This document shows positions 12,901 to 24,706 of a stretch of DNA of 64,000 nt, one piece after another. Source of the DNA: Dromiciops gliroides (taxonomy: Eukaryota); assembly GCF_019393635.1 (NCBI RefSeq), contig NC_057863.1:490584948-490648947 (forward strand). Direction: 5' to 3'. Both the position numbers and the translations under genes were made by a program. The notes beneath the pieces were generated by a model that was not told the DNA's origin, searched no databases, and saw only the letters and a list, made by a program, of their open reading frames with translations. How positions within the stretch are numbered: position 1 is the first letter of the stretch; each line of letters starts with the position of its first letter.

Positions 12901-14683
12901 TTTATCAGAGAAACTTGTGGTAATAACATTTTCAGCATTTTCAAGGTAACTCTCTAGGACTTATCCACTATATCATAGTTAGCTTGCAATCTGCATTTGT
13001 GGGAGGAGTTCTCAGAAGAGGAATTCCTTAGCTGATAAAAACTACTGATTCTTCTCTTATTATATTAATTATGGTAAAAAAATAACTTTCAAATAATTAA
13101 TACTTTGAGTATTTATTTCTGAGAAGCAAACATGATATTTATATTTATCCTTTAAAGCTACACAGAGTTTTACAACTTAAAATATATTTTTTGGTCCTGG
13201 GGTCCGTATTTCTTCTCTCTCTCTACACATCTCATTTGGTGAACGTATCATCTCTCATGGATTTAATCACCATACCTCTGCTGATGACTCCCAGACCTAT
13301 GTATTTAGCTCCAGTCTGGCAGCACCAACTGTTTATTGAACATTTAAAACTGGATATTCCCACAGACATCTCAAAAGCAACATTCTCTAAATAGAACTCA
13401 TTACTGTTCCCTTCAAATCCATACTTCAAAACTTCCATTTTTTTTTCTATTAAGGGTATCTAAGAGCTCTTTGATCTCCCTATTTTTTTTGCATCTTCTT
13501 TGACATACTTGACCTCTTAATTTTTTCCTCACCATACACATATAATCAGTTGCCAAATTTGCCAACCCTTATTCCCCACCACATCTTTCATATCTGTCTC
13601 CTTCTCACAGGTGTCAATCTTGACGCTCACATGCCATAAGCCTCAAAAGGGAACCAAGTCAGATTAAAATGCAATTGGGAAATGTTTAAAATAAATAAAA
13701 ATATAATACAACATACATAAAATTAATTTGTGGTTTTCTAAATCAATATGCAGACAGCAGGGATCTGTTTCTGAGTTTGACCCTCATCACCTTTTCACCT
13801 GGACTATTAGAATAACCTAATTGGTCTCCCTGTCACAAGTCTCTCCCTGCTCCAATATATCTTGCAGAAAGCTGCCAAAAAGATCTTCATTAACCATAGA
13901 TCTGACCATGTTACTCCACTACTCAATAAAATCCAGTAGCTCTCTCTTGTCTCTAGGATAAAATATAAACTTCTACTTGGTTTTTAATGCACTTCCCCAC
14001 CTGGACCCAACTAGCTGCATTAACATGCTTCTCATCTGTACACTTTCTTATCTAGTCCAAGTGTCCAAATTGCTGTTCTTCCTACTCGACACTTGAGCTC
14101 TCTCTCAGTGGGCTGTCCACCTCACCACCTCCCCCTCACAGCACTTCTTTCAAGATTCAGCTCAAGCATCACTTTCAATCTCACCTTCCTAAACCCCTCC
14201 CCTGCAAATGCCAGGTACCTTCCCTCCTTAACCATCCTACAGTATATATTTATTCTGTAGATACATACATATGTATATGTTGAGATAACATTGCCCTCTC
14301 CAGCTTCTCCTCTCTCCTAGTATGTAAGCCTCTTGAGAGTAGAGAATATTTCATTTTTATCTCTGTATCTACATTGCCCCATATAGTACTTGTCACAAAT
14401 CAGAATTTTGATAAATGTCTGATTGATTTATTCTGAAGTATCCCAGGGTTTTTTCCAGACAGGAAATTCAGAATCAGCTAGTGCTAAACCTCATTAACCT
14501 AACTCATACAATATAGGAAAAGGAGTGAAATGCTTGTTCATAGCATTGTAGGCATAATTACTAAGTAGGAGGGGAAAGTTCTTTTCAAATATAAAGGAAA
14601 TAATATTTTAATATTTGGAGTGCTCTGACTTAATACCCCTTTCACTAATACAGATCACAGCCCTTCTGTTTTCTTTCTTTCTT

Positions 14684-14828
14684 TTTTTTTTTGTGGGGCA
14701 ATGGAGTTAAGTGACTTGCCCAGGGTCACACAGCTAGTAAGTCAAGTGTCTGACACTGGATTTGAACTCAGGTACTCCTGAATCTAGGGCTGGTGCTTTA
14801 TCCACTGTGCCACCTAGCTGCCCCCCCA
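14684..14828 (-). mobile_element. tRNA-derived SINE.
   Basis: The sequence is tttttttttgtggggcaatggagttaagtgacttgcccagggtcacacagctagtaagtcaagtgtctgacactggatttgaactcaggtactcctgaatctagggctggtgctttatccactgtgccacctagctgccc. Confidence 0.9.
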
Positions 14829-14949
14829 CTTCTGCTTTCTTATAGATGGTGTTCATGAGTTGTCATGGCCAAACAACTTATTACCTGGTGGCCATCTTGG
14901 TGATGAACTTCCCCAAATTTGTCTAAAGCAGTTATGATCTGTTATCAGG

Positions 14950-15480
14950 ATGGTACATAAAGCAATTTGTTTAGTAGAAACTGTGAGAGCTTGCATTCCA
15001 CTGATTGGCTATGTGGTAAAAATTATTTATGGTAAAAATTATTGGAGTTTTAGCGGACTCATTTGGGAGGGGCCACACCTGGCCCACCCTGAAGTTATAT
15101 ATGCTACTGAGGTCAGAAGGAGACCTCTCCATAGGCAGTTTTGAAGGACCTCCCCTTTTGGGGGAGGGAGACTGAACGCTCTCTGAGGGGAGGAGAGCAA
15201 CTTCCAGAATGCCCTCGTGCTCGCCTGCTAGCTCCTTGGTCTTCTAGGTGATGCGGAGAAACTAACAGATATCCCAGGTGTGGGGAGTTTTAAAAACCCT
15301 GCATTCCTTTTAATTAGCCTAATTGGAAATGATCTGGGGATTGCATAGACTTAGTTTAGAGTTAAGAGAATTTATCTGTATTTCTTTTCCCCTATTTCCT
15401 TATCTTTGATTTTTATTAATTTCACCTTTGTTGTTTAATTCCCAAGTAATAAAATCTGATCCTTTTGTGGAAAAGAAGCT
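14950..15480 (+). mobile_element. Solo retroviral-type LTR.
   Basis: It has a TATA-like tatatatgct at ~15097, a U3-R-like region, and the polyadenylation signal aataaaatctga at ~15450. The segment is unique. A CpG-rich homologous fragment lies at 31600-31700. Confidence 0.6.
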
Positions 15481-18400
15481 GTAAGGCTACTTTCTTATTG
15501 GCCTGGGAGAAATATCTAAAAGGGCAGGTCAGAGGGGAGGGAGCTTTGAACCTAGAGGTCTGTCATTATTTCCAGGATCCCAATATTTCGGCAAGTAACC
15601 CAATTAGTGCTCCATATATTAAATTTCGGCCCCTACAGCTATTTCCATGCCTTGATGAGGTATCAAGTCTTCAAAAAAATCTGCAATCTCATCAATGAGG
15701 ATACTTTCTCAAATAATATACATTATGATCCAAACATGCCAGCTTATCCTGTAGGATTCATATCCACCTTTCCTTATAATTTCACCACAGGTGGTTTGCC
15801 CATCATGCTGGGGATTTCCTTGTTTTCTCTTACAGTTAGCTAAGCCTTGGTTTTACCACTTGACCATTCATCTCTTTAACAACATCCTATGTAAAATTCT
15901 TCTTTGTAATTCCTCATGTGTTTATGTCTTGCACCTTGTTCATGCCCACCATGAGGTTCTCCATGGCCTTTGAGATAATTTAGTTTAAATTATTTTGAAT
16001 TGGAAATTATATTATTCCATGACTTGTTATATATCTCTATATAGCTATATATCTCTATCTATATCTAGCTATATTATATAACTATATGTCACCACCAGAA
16101 GAGTATTGGTGTCTGAAAAAGTTTCAAGTAGAAGCTTGTAGTGCTTAAAAGGAACTTTCTAATTACCCAAAGGTAATTCAATCTATCTTCCTACTACTTT
16201 TCAACTCTGAGTCCAATTCAACATCCATTTACAAATACTGGTGGAAGAACTCTACAGGTTACCCATTCAACTGATAACTTTATACTATATAATAGACATT
16301 CTTCATTCACTTGTTTTTCCTGGGTGGATAGTTAGGAGAAACTCTTTCCTGATGACAAATCTAAGCCATGAGGCTTGATGCAATCAACCCAATGTCATCT
16401 GCAAAGAGGATTATATGGAGGAACTCAACATCTATAAAAAATCCCTTTTCAACTTAGAGCTAGCACTGGATTTCTTCTCCATGACAGCAGTAACTACCTT
16501 TGCAAACACACCTTCCTGTGTTATGCCTAGGTTACTTTCAATGATTAGAGTATTCGACAAACAATATCATCTATGTTTTATATCTTAAGGAATTTTGCAT
16601 AATTTTGACACATACATGGGATTTGTCTTGTCATAGAAGAATCTTTAAAGTAGTATGTTGCTCAACTGAATCAAATGCTTTATAATAGTTGAAAAATGAG
16701 TACATTGGGATCCTATATTCTCTACATTTTTTAGTTAACTGTGTCATACTTTGGAATATCATTTGCAAAAGCCTACTATTCTCTTCTAGTGCTTTAAAGA
16801 ATGTCCTCAGTGTATGTGTATATTATTCTCATAAAAACTGTATACTTACTAGAAGGTAAGCATGTGGGTTAGTAGTTATGGATGTTCTCTTGCTTGCCCT
16901 TTTTGCAATCAGGCTTGACATGCTTTCCACACCTTTGGTCTCTTCCTTTCCTTCAGATTTCTTGAATATAAATCTCTTAAGAACCTTACTATCGTAGCCC
17001 TTCTAACAGAGACTTCCTCTGTGTATACTTGGTCTAGTCCTCCTGCTTTTTCCACCTTTCTCTTCAGTGCTTTTTCTATAACGACATCTAGAACTGGAAT
17101 GGTGGAGACCAAGTATGATGGTTCTGTTGTCTTTGATGGCAAAGTTACAAAATTATTTGCAGAACTTGAACATATTTTGTTTATTTGTTGCTCCAATAGT
17201 TTCATCTTTAAATGTCTTATTTAATATCACACCAGAATCAACTTATACCCATACCTTCTGTCTGTGTATACTCCTTCTATCTGCCTTAATATACAGTTTT
17301 CATGAGTTCCAAGTATCTTCTTCCCATGTAGGGATGTAAACATTTTAACCTTATTGAATAACATGTTTTATTTTTTTCCTGTTTTACCTCTTCCTGTGTC
17401 TATTGAGTCTTGTATTTGTAGATTGAGTTTTCTGTTCAGTTCTGGGCTTTTCATTAGGAAAGTTTTAAAGTCCCCTATTTCATTGAATACCCATCTTTTC
17501 CCCTGAAAGATTATGATTAATTTTGCTGGGTAGTACATTCTTGGTTGTAATCCCAGTTCCTTTGCCCTCTGGAATATCACATTCCAAGCCCTCCAACTCT
17601 TTAATGTTGAAGCTGCCAGGTTCTGTGTAATTCTGATTGTTGTTCCTTGATATTTAAATGGTTTCTTTCTGGCTGTTTGCTGAATTTCTCCTTTACTTGA
17701 TATTTCTGGAATTTGGCTATAATATTCCTTGGAGTTTTCCTTGGGGGGGGGGTGTCTCTTTCAGGAGGTGATCGGTGGATTCTTTAGAAGACTAATTTTT
17801 CCTCTGGTTCTAAGACACTGGGTCAGTTCTCCTTGATAATGTCATAAAATATGCTGTCTGGGCTCTTTTTTTGATCATGGGCCTCAGGTAGTCCAATTAT
17901 TCTTAGGTTGTCCCATCTGGATCTATTTTCCAGGCCTGTTATTTTTCCGAAGAGATATTTTACTTTTCTTCTACTTTTATAGATATTTTTGAGTCTGCTT
18001 TGCTTCTTCCTGTTGTCTCATTGAGTCATTAGCTTCCATCTGCCCAATTCTGATTCTTAAGGAATTATTTTCTCCAGTCAGCTTTTGTACCTTCTTTTCC
18101 ATTTGTCCAATTTTATTTTTTAAGGATTATTTTCTTTTTCCAAGCTATTGACTTTCTCTTGCATAACTCTCATTTCTTTTCCCAGTTTTTCTTCTACCTC
18201 TCTTATTTGGTTTACAAATTCCTTTTTGAGCTCTTCCAAGAGGGCTTGGTTTTGAGACCAATTCCTCTTTCCCTTTAAGGCTCACATATAGGAATTTTAA
18301 TGTTGTTGTCCTCATCCGAGTTCATGTTTTGATTCTCCCTGTCACTATAGTTATTTTCTTTTTAAAAAATGTTTATTTATTTATTTTTTTAGTGAGGCAA

Positions 18401-19250
18401 TTGGGGTTAAGTGACTCGCCAAGGGTCACACAGCTAGTAACTGTTAAGTGTCTGAGGCCGAATTTGAACTCAGGTACTCCTGACTCCAGGGCTGGTGCTC
18501 TATCCATTGCGTCACCTAGCTGCCCTTCACTATAGTTATTTTCAATGGTGAGGGTTATTTTCTGTTTCTTATTCATATTTTAACCTCTTTTGTGCCTTTT
18601 AAAGTTGAGTTCTGCTCCTGGGGTACAGTGTGCATTGTCCCAAGCTTCTTTTGCTGAGAGCCAGGGGCCCAGTCACTGGTTTTCTGTTCTGAGGCTTCAA
18701 TAGCTTGCAGCTTCTTCACTGCAGTGGAGTGGTCTAGCCTAGTTGGGCCTGTTGTGTAGCAGATACCCCAGCTGGCAGACTTCCTTCTGTGTTGGGGCTG
18801 AAGGCCCCACAAATGGCCTGCTGTACTACTAACCTGCTAAGCTAGGATCTCTGGTCCTCAACTGCTGATCTGCGCGGTGGCTAAAAGCCTTTTACTGGTT
18901 TGCCCAGACACCCTCTGCACTGAGTTGTGCTCCCCCTTTATTCAGATTAGATAGATCTTTCCTGAAGATCTAGCTTACCTTCAGTTGGAAGATTGTTTCA
19001 CTCTGTCTTTTTTGCAGGTTTTGTAGCTCCATAATCTGTTGAGAGGCTTAATTTAATGTTGTTTCTGAAGGAAATTTGGGAGAGTTCAGGAAGCTTCCTG
19101 GTTTCACTTCACCATTTTGGTTCTGCTTCCCTAGCTCTAAATGTCAGTCTCTTGCCAAACACCCTTTACACTGAATTTTTCTTCTACTGCTGTTTTATGA
19201 GATGATACTATTCATAAACTTCCAATAAAATTCTCCATAAAATTTTACAA
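15480..19250 (-). mobile_element. LINE-1-rich block of several rearranged fragments in a large PARP4 intron.
   Basis: Minus-strand ORF1 remnants read …IVRFLRDLYSRNLKERK… (16909-17205) and …LQPRMYYPAKLIIIFQGKRWVFNEIGDFKTFLMKSPELNRK… (17368-17580), which follows the L1 ORF1p C-terminus pattern QPRISYPAKL…. A coiled-coil-region repeat at 17990-18340 is homologous to 11890-12300, and a 5'UTR-like piece lies at 18560-19190. A SINE is nested at 18384-18526. Confidence 0.65.
18384..18526 (-). mobile_element. tRNA-derived SINE inserted in an L1-rich block.
   Basis: The sequence is tttttttagtgaggcaattggggttaagtgactcgccaagggtcacacagctagtaactgttaagtgtctgaggccgaatttgaactcaggtactcctgactccagggctggtgctctatccattgcgtcacctagctgccc. 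Confidence 0.9.
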
Positions 19251-20564
19251 ACAAGTCAAATTCTAAACCTGTGGTGACCTGGCTGCCATCTCCTCCCACA
19301 CTTAAGTTAATCACATGTTTGCTAAGGTACTTTGTAATCCCTTTTTGATCTCCTTGTGATAAACTGATTTATTTCATTTTAACTTCTACATGAAGATTAG
19401 GCACCTAGGCAGCTGGCTGGCATAGTAGATAGAGAACTAGATTTGGAGTTATGAAGAGTTGGGTTCCAATTCTACTTCAGACTTTTCATAGTTGTATGAC
19501 CCTGGGAAAATCACTAACCTCTAACTTAGTTTCCTCATCTGGAAAGTGGGGATAATAATAGCACCTACCTTACATGGTTATTGTGAGGCTCAAATGAGAA
19601 AATATATGTAAAGCATTTGGAAACCTTAAAGCACTATAAAAAGGCAACTTGTTATTTGTCAATACTCTTTCCTCCATCCACTCACGTCTTTTTGCTATCA
19701 CTAACTTATTTAAATTGGTCATGCTAAAGTTTTTATAATTGTATGCTATATATTTTCCTTGTTTTCTATTCCTTCCTCTAGTTTCTCAGTTATTTTGATG
19801 TTTATTGTAACAAGGAGGTAATGACTATATACAGACAGTTAATCCAGAATGATTCTCACTTCTACAATGAATCATTTTCACAAATATTAAGTTATAATCA
19901 ATTTTATTTTTTGTTATTTTATTTATGGCTTGTGATGTATAGTGCCTTCTTATTCTTTTCTTGAAGAAGACATTTATGATGCATAGGTCTGAAGCTTCTG
20001 TATAGTCTATAAATATTTCGACTTTCTCATTTCTTATTTGTGGATCATATTTTTCACTTTTTTTAAACCATTCCTCCCAACTGTTACCTTAGTGTTGAAA
20101 TATCTGAGTATAAAAATATATATATTGATTTAACTTGGAGAGTCTTAGAAAAATCTTCATAGAATTGCTCTAACTCTTCATCCTTTATAACAAATGTTGT
20201 AGGTATTAGAATATAAACTTAAATTATTTTCATTGTAGTCTTTTTGCAAATACTTATGAGTACTGTGATCAATGATGACCCAATTTTTCATGAAATAATG
20301 CATCTTGTTTCTTTTGGGCACATAATAAAGCCACCTCTGTCAATCCCTTCATTTGTCTCCCCAAGGAGAGAGAAGCTATTATCTCCATTCTTTCATGTAG
20401 CTACAACTTTCTTCTGTCTTCTGGCTTTGTTTATAATTAGAACGTCAAGATTGGCATGAGTCAGTTCCTCTAGCAGTATTTACTTTTTGGTCTTTGAACA
20501 AAGATCTCACTTCTTGAGTATCAATAATTAAGGTTTATAGATACTCTTAAAAAAAACTATGATT

Positions 20565-20688
20565 TTTTTTTTTAGTGAGGCAATGGGGGTTAAGTGACTT
20601 GCCCAGGGTCACACAGCTAGTAAGTGTCAAGTGTCTGGGCCAGATTTGAACTCAGGTCCTCCTAACTCCAGGGCCGGTACTTTATCCA
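20565..20688 (-). mobile_element. tRNA-derived SINE, 5'-truncated, with a target-site duplication.
   Basis: The SINE body runs tttttttttttagtgaggcaatgggggttaagtgacttgcccagggtcacacagctagtaagtgtcaagtgtctgggccagatttgaactcaggtcctcctaactccagggccggtactttatcc. It is flanked by direct repeats aaaaactatgattttt at ~20551-20566 and ~20688-20703. Confidence 0.85.
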
Positions 20689-21092
20689 AAAACTATGATT
20701 TTTAACATCCCTCTTCCCTATTTTCCAATATTCTACCACCCTTTCTGAAGAAGGAGAAAGAGGTCACACAAAGCTGAGGGTCATTTTATATTTTTCTTTG
20801 TTTTGTGGGTCACAGTTGCCCAGGAAATTCATCACCAAGTGGCCAATCTACCTGTGTTCAACATCTCCATATGTGGTTAGGCTGGACTTACAGCAGACAC
20901 AGTCTTTCACTAAGTCTTTCCAGCATAGTAGGAGAGCTGGAGCTTGCACTTCATTGCCCTAGGTCTTGAGACTCTGGCTTATCTTCACCCAAAGAGGAAA
21001 CTTTGGAGTAAAATTTTGTTCTATAAATATTATCAAACATAGCTATTTGGTAAATGTGTTAAAAATGAATTAATTAAATTTGAGACACTTAC

Positions 21093-21252
21093 CTTTAAGC
21101 TGTAAATTATCATTTAAAAACTCAGGTCTATTTTCCTCCCATTCAGTATTAGCAAAAGGACAAAAGCCCTTTATTTGGTCTCCAGCCATACAAAAATTAA
21201 CAAGGTATTTCATTTTAACCTGACTGGTTTTGTATACAACAAATTCATCATC
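21093..21252 (-). CDS. PARP4: PARP4 exon. Encodes DDEFVVYKTSQVKMKYLVNFCMAGDQIKGFCPFANTEWEENRPEFLNDNLQLK.
   Basis: The translation matches human DDEFVVYKTNQVKMKYIIKFSMPGDQIKDFHPSDHTELEEYRPEF. The acceptor is tcctag|GAT and the donor is AAAG|gtaagt. Confidence 0.85.
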
Positions 21253-21754
21253 CTAGGACAAATAAAATAAAATCCTTAATAAAGTGGTGGGAAAATTACA
21301 GCAGCAGTTATTTTCATAAAAAATATGTATATTTGTAAGCTAATTTAGAGCAAGTTCTGGATTTGTAGTGAAGAGTCCAGGTTCAAATCCTCACTCTAGC
21401 ACATACTGGCAGTATCGCTGAGCAAATCATTCACCTTCTCTGGAACTCAGTCTTCTCAATTATAAAATGGGGGTGAAGGGCCTGTTGGACTATATAACTT
21501 CCGAGATGCCTTATAGTTCTAAACACAATTTCTACTAGTTCTACTAGCTCCTTAAGGGCAGAGATCATGTCTGATCTAAATTTTTCATCTGCTCCAGGGC
21601 CTAACATAGTGTTCTGTTTGTCATGAACATTAAAACATGTTTACTGCACTGTATTAATTTAAACATTAACATATTTGATTCAAGGGGCTAGAATAACTAA
21701 AGACTCTTCTTTTACTATTCAATGGCTCCCCTGATTGCATCAATACATAAATAC

Positions 21755-21938
21755 CTCAAAGTCTGAGATGATATGTTCTGTTCTCCGAATTCCATGCACA
21801 CTGTCATAACCTTGTGGTGGCTCAGTTAATGACAAATTTCTCTTGTGTAAATTCATACAGGATCCAAGGGCAACATCACAAACAACCAGGAATCTAGTTC
21901 CATTAATTTTATTTGGTTGTGAGTACTTCATGCCTGTA
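21755..21938 (-). CDS. PARP4: PARP4 exon, C-terminal part of the PARP catalytic domain. Encodes (S)TGMKYSQPNKINGTRFLVVCDVALGSCMNLHKRNLSLTEPPQGYDSVHGIRRTEHIISDFE.
   Basis: The translation matches human SIKYSHPGETDGTRLLLICDVALGKCMDLHEKDFSLTEAPPGYDSVHGVSQTASVTTDFE. A pyrimidine-rich acceptor ...tctttcatatatag|T precedes it and the donor is GAG|gtattt. Its phase is continuous with the flanking exons. Confidence 0.85.
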
Positions 21939-23334
21939 CTATATATGAAAGAACACATGTCATCTTGGTGAACTTGTATGTTTTGTTTTTTTAAGGACAA
22001 TATAAAAATGTAAATATCTTATCAATGGACTTGGTTATATTAGAAAAAAATATTTATTAAGAATTTGTGAAATCTAAGCAAACAGCTCAAAGCATTTACA
22101 ACTTTTCAAGAAGCTAAATTGATAGAAAAAAAATCCAGAACACCAGATTACATCACCTTTTAAGTTACATAAATGAAACAACAGAGGTCTTTACTATAAT
22201 TGAACCCAACACATTCATATTTCACAACCAATCTTTACTTTGAGACTAAAGTAACCAATAAATATAGCTCAAAAAAGAAATAGAGGAAAAGGAGAAAGAA
22301 TTTCCTAGAGACTGGTTTTTTTCTTGGTGAAGATTTATTCAATTAATTAAAATTCCACATTTTGCTAGTTTTTCTTAGAAAGTCAAAAAGGTTAGGGTCT
22401 CTGTAACTATTGGAATGACGCCACCTGCTGGAGAGCTACTGTAGGAAAGCTCCACCATGAGGAGAAGGCACCTGAGGGCAAGCCATGTGGCTTTTCTTTG
22501 GCATCAGGAAGTGATGTTTGCTTGTGGGAGGAAGAAGGGGTGAGGCTGGCTCTCTAGCTCTCTTTCGTGAGGACTCAGGTGGAGAGTGGAGCTAGAAATG
22601 CACTCTCCCTTTAATAGATAAATGAATCTAGGCCTTTCTCTCTCTCTTCACCAAATTCTTATTCTCCTTAATAAATGCTTAAAAGTCTAACTCTTGCTAA
22701 AGCTTGTAATTTATTGGCAACCACTCATTAGATATTTTAGCTAGAATTTTAGCCCCTTACAGTCTCATTGGTAGTTTACCTATAGAAAAGTGGCTTATCG
22801 TAGTGAGAAAAATTGACTTTGGGGAGCTAACTAAATTGGACAACGTTGCCTCCCACTTCAATTGCCAACTAATTAGTTTATAAAAAGGCTAAGTAGTAGT
22901 TTAACGGAAGAAATAACTTTTCCTTATAGTCTGATTGTATATACAATCCACATATAATGGTGAATAATAATAAATTTAGTAAATTAAGATTATTGAAAGG
23001 CCAGTTCCCCTAAATCCATAAAAACAAAAGACATAAAACAAGGCTTATTGGCACCTACTTGTAGTCCTTGCTGCTGGAGAGGCTGAGGCTGGTGGATTGA
23101 GTTTAAAAGTTCTCAGCTGTGGTAGACTTAGGCTGAAGACTGTCCTTACTAAGGATGGTAAGCCTCCAGTATAAGGGCCACCAGGCTGCCTAAGGAGGAG
23201 CAGACTAGCATAGGTTGGAAAAACTGAGCAGGTCAAAGATTCTGTGTTGATCTATGGTAGAGTCAAAACTATAGGAGTCTGGGCTCTTCCATCTGTGGCA
23301 AGATAGGGATACCTAGTATTTCTACCAAAGTGGT

Positions 23335-23380
23335 GTGCGCACATGCGCACACACACACACACACATACACACACACCCCA
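23335..23380. repeat. Imperfect (GT/CA)n microsatellite.
   Basis: The sequence is gtgtgcgcacatgcgcacacacacacacacatacacacacacc. Confidence 0.9.
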
Positions 23381-23543
23381 AAAGACAATTATACTGTGCT
23401 AAAAAAAAATCAGTCACATTCAGTACATTTGTTACTATGGAGGGAAAGTTCACAAACAAAACAGAAAAAATATCTAGTGGGTACTCAATTATTCACTGGT
23501 AATGAGATGGAGAGAGAAGCATAGTTGGAAATACTGTACTGAC

Positions 23544-23621
23544 CTGAGAGAATCACTGAAGTATATTCCACTACCAAGATTTCCAAAATCTGTTCTTTCT
23601 ATTCCATGATCTTCAACCAAT
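23544..23621 (-). CDS. PARP4: PARP4 exon in the catalytic domain. Encodes (R)LVEDHGIERTDFGNLGSGIYFSDSL.
   Basis: The translation matches human LLLPKVVEDRGVQRTDVGNLGSGIYFSDSL. The acceptor is cccaaaag|A and the donor is CTCAG|gtcagt. The exon is 78 nt and its phase is continuous with its neighbours. Confidence 0.8.
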
Positions 23622-24568
23622 CTTTTGGGTAATAGCAACCCCCTATATACATATATAAAAAACAAAAAAGAATGTCATAGTCATATAGGAGAGAAAATGT
23701 TTCATCTCAGACTCAGAACTGAGGTTCACATACACACAATTTAAAAAAACATAAACCAAACAAATCTTAAGATGCATTTCAAGTTAATACAAGGTGGAAA
23801 AAGACATCAGGGTACTATTTAAATTAAAAAGTCATACTCCTAATTGCCTTATCATAATAGAATTAATATAATCATTTTATGTTTGGACCACTGAAATGGT
23901 CTCCTGTTCTGCTCCCAGGCTTTCCCCATTTCATTTCGCATAACTTCCAAGGTAATTTTTCAATTAAAAAATTTTTCTTTTATTATGCACTTTCTCTGTG
24001 GTTCAGAGAAAACATATCATCATTCATAGCTTCTGAATTACTTCAAACTGTTTATGATACAAATGAGCTTATATAAAAGTCCATATTGTAAAAAAAGACA
24101 AGAATTCCAAATTGCTAAACCAGTTGAAAAATAATGACATTTTCATTCTCTAATAAAAATATTCTTATGGTTTAAAATAAATGGGAATATAGTGGTTAAT
24201 TTAAATGATCTCAAATACTCAAATGCTCATCATGATCACATATGTAATATATATGGAAACACACATATATTTATGTATCAGTATGTTGATATATTAATGG
24301 TGAATCTAAGAATTCTTATTTTCCATTATTTTAAAATTTAAATTAAAAAAATCAATTTGAGTAACAAAGGTACTGAATTTTTCCTTGGCTGAAACTCTTT
24401 TTAAAGAAAATATTGGTTTTCCCATCAGATTTGCTATATGTATAATTATAAAATCATTAAAGAACTAAGATGAAAATAGGAACAAATAGCGAGAATTCTT
24501 GTTTAAGCATGAAAAACTTTAAAATAAGATGAAAAACTTTTGGTGAAATAAAGATAGCATATTATTAC

Positions 24569-24706
24569 CGGGAAAGAATTCCAACAATATTTCTCCCAGT
24601 TGTTCCATGTAGTAAAGACTGCACATTGCCAAGCTTGCTCTGAAATTCCACAGTTTCATTAACTCTGCCAATTCGATATATGTTTAAGATTTCGACTGGA
24701 TTCTTC
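24569..24706 (-). CDS. PARP4: PARP4 exon. Encodes KNPVEILNIYRIGRVNETVEFQSKLGNVQSLLHGTTGRNIVGILS(R).
   Basis: The translation matches human KSPVDVLQIFRVGRVNETTEFLSKLGNVRPLLHGSPVQNIVGILCR. The acceptor is ttttgcag|G and the donor is CCCG|gtaata. Confidence 0.85.

Noticed and set aside
20244-20459. A minus-strand translation …EELTHANLDVLIINKARRQKKVVAT considered as the missing PARP4 exon upstream of the VIT exon.
   Set aside because: It has only a loose pattern resemblance to human …NLVPLEDVHIKGRIIDTVAQ. It has no credible donor and a stop follows immediately. It was not accepted.
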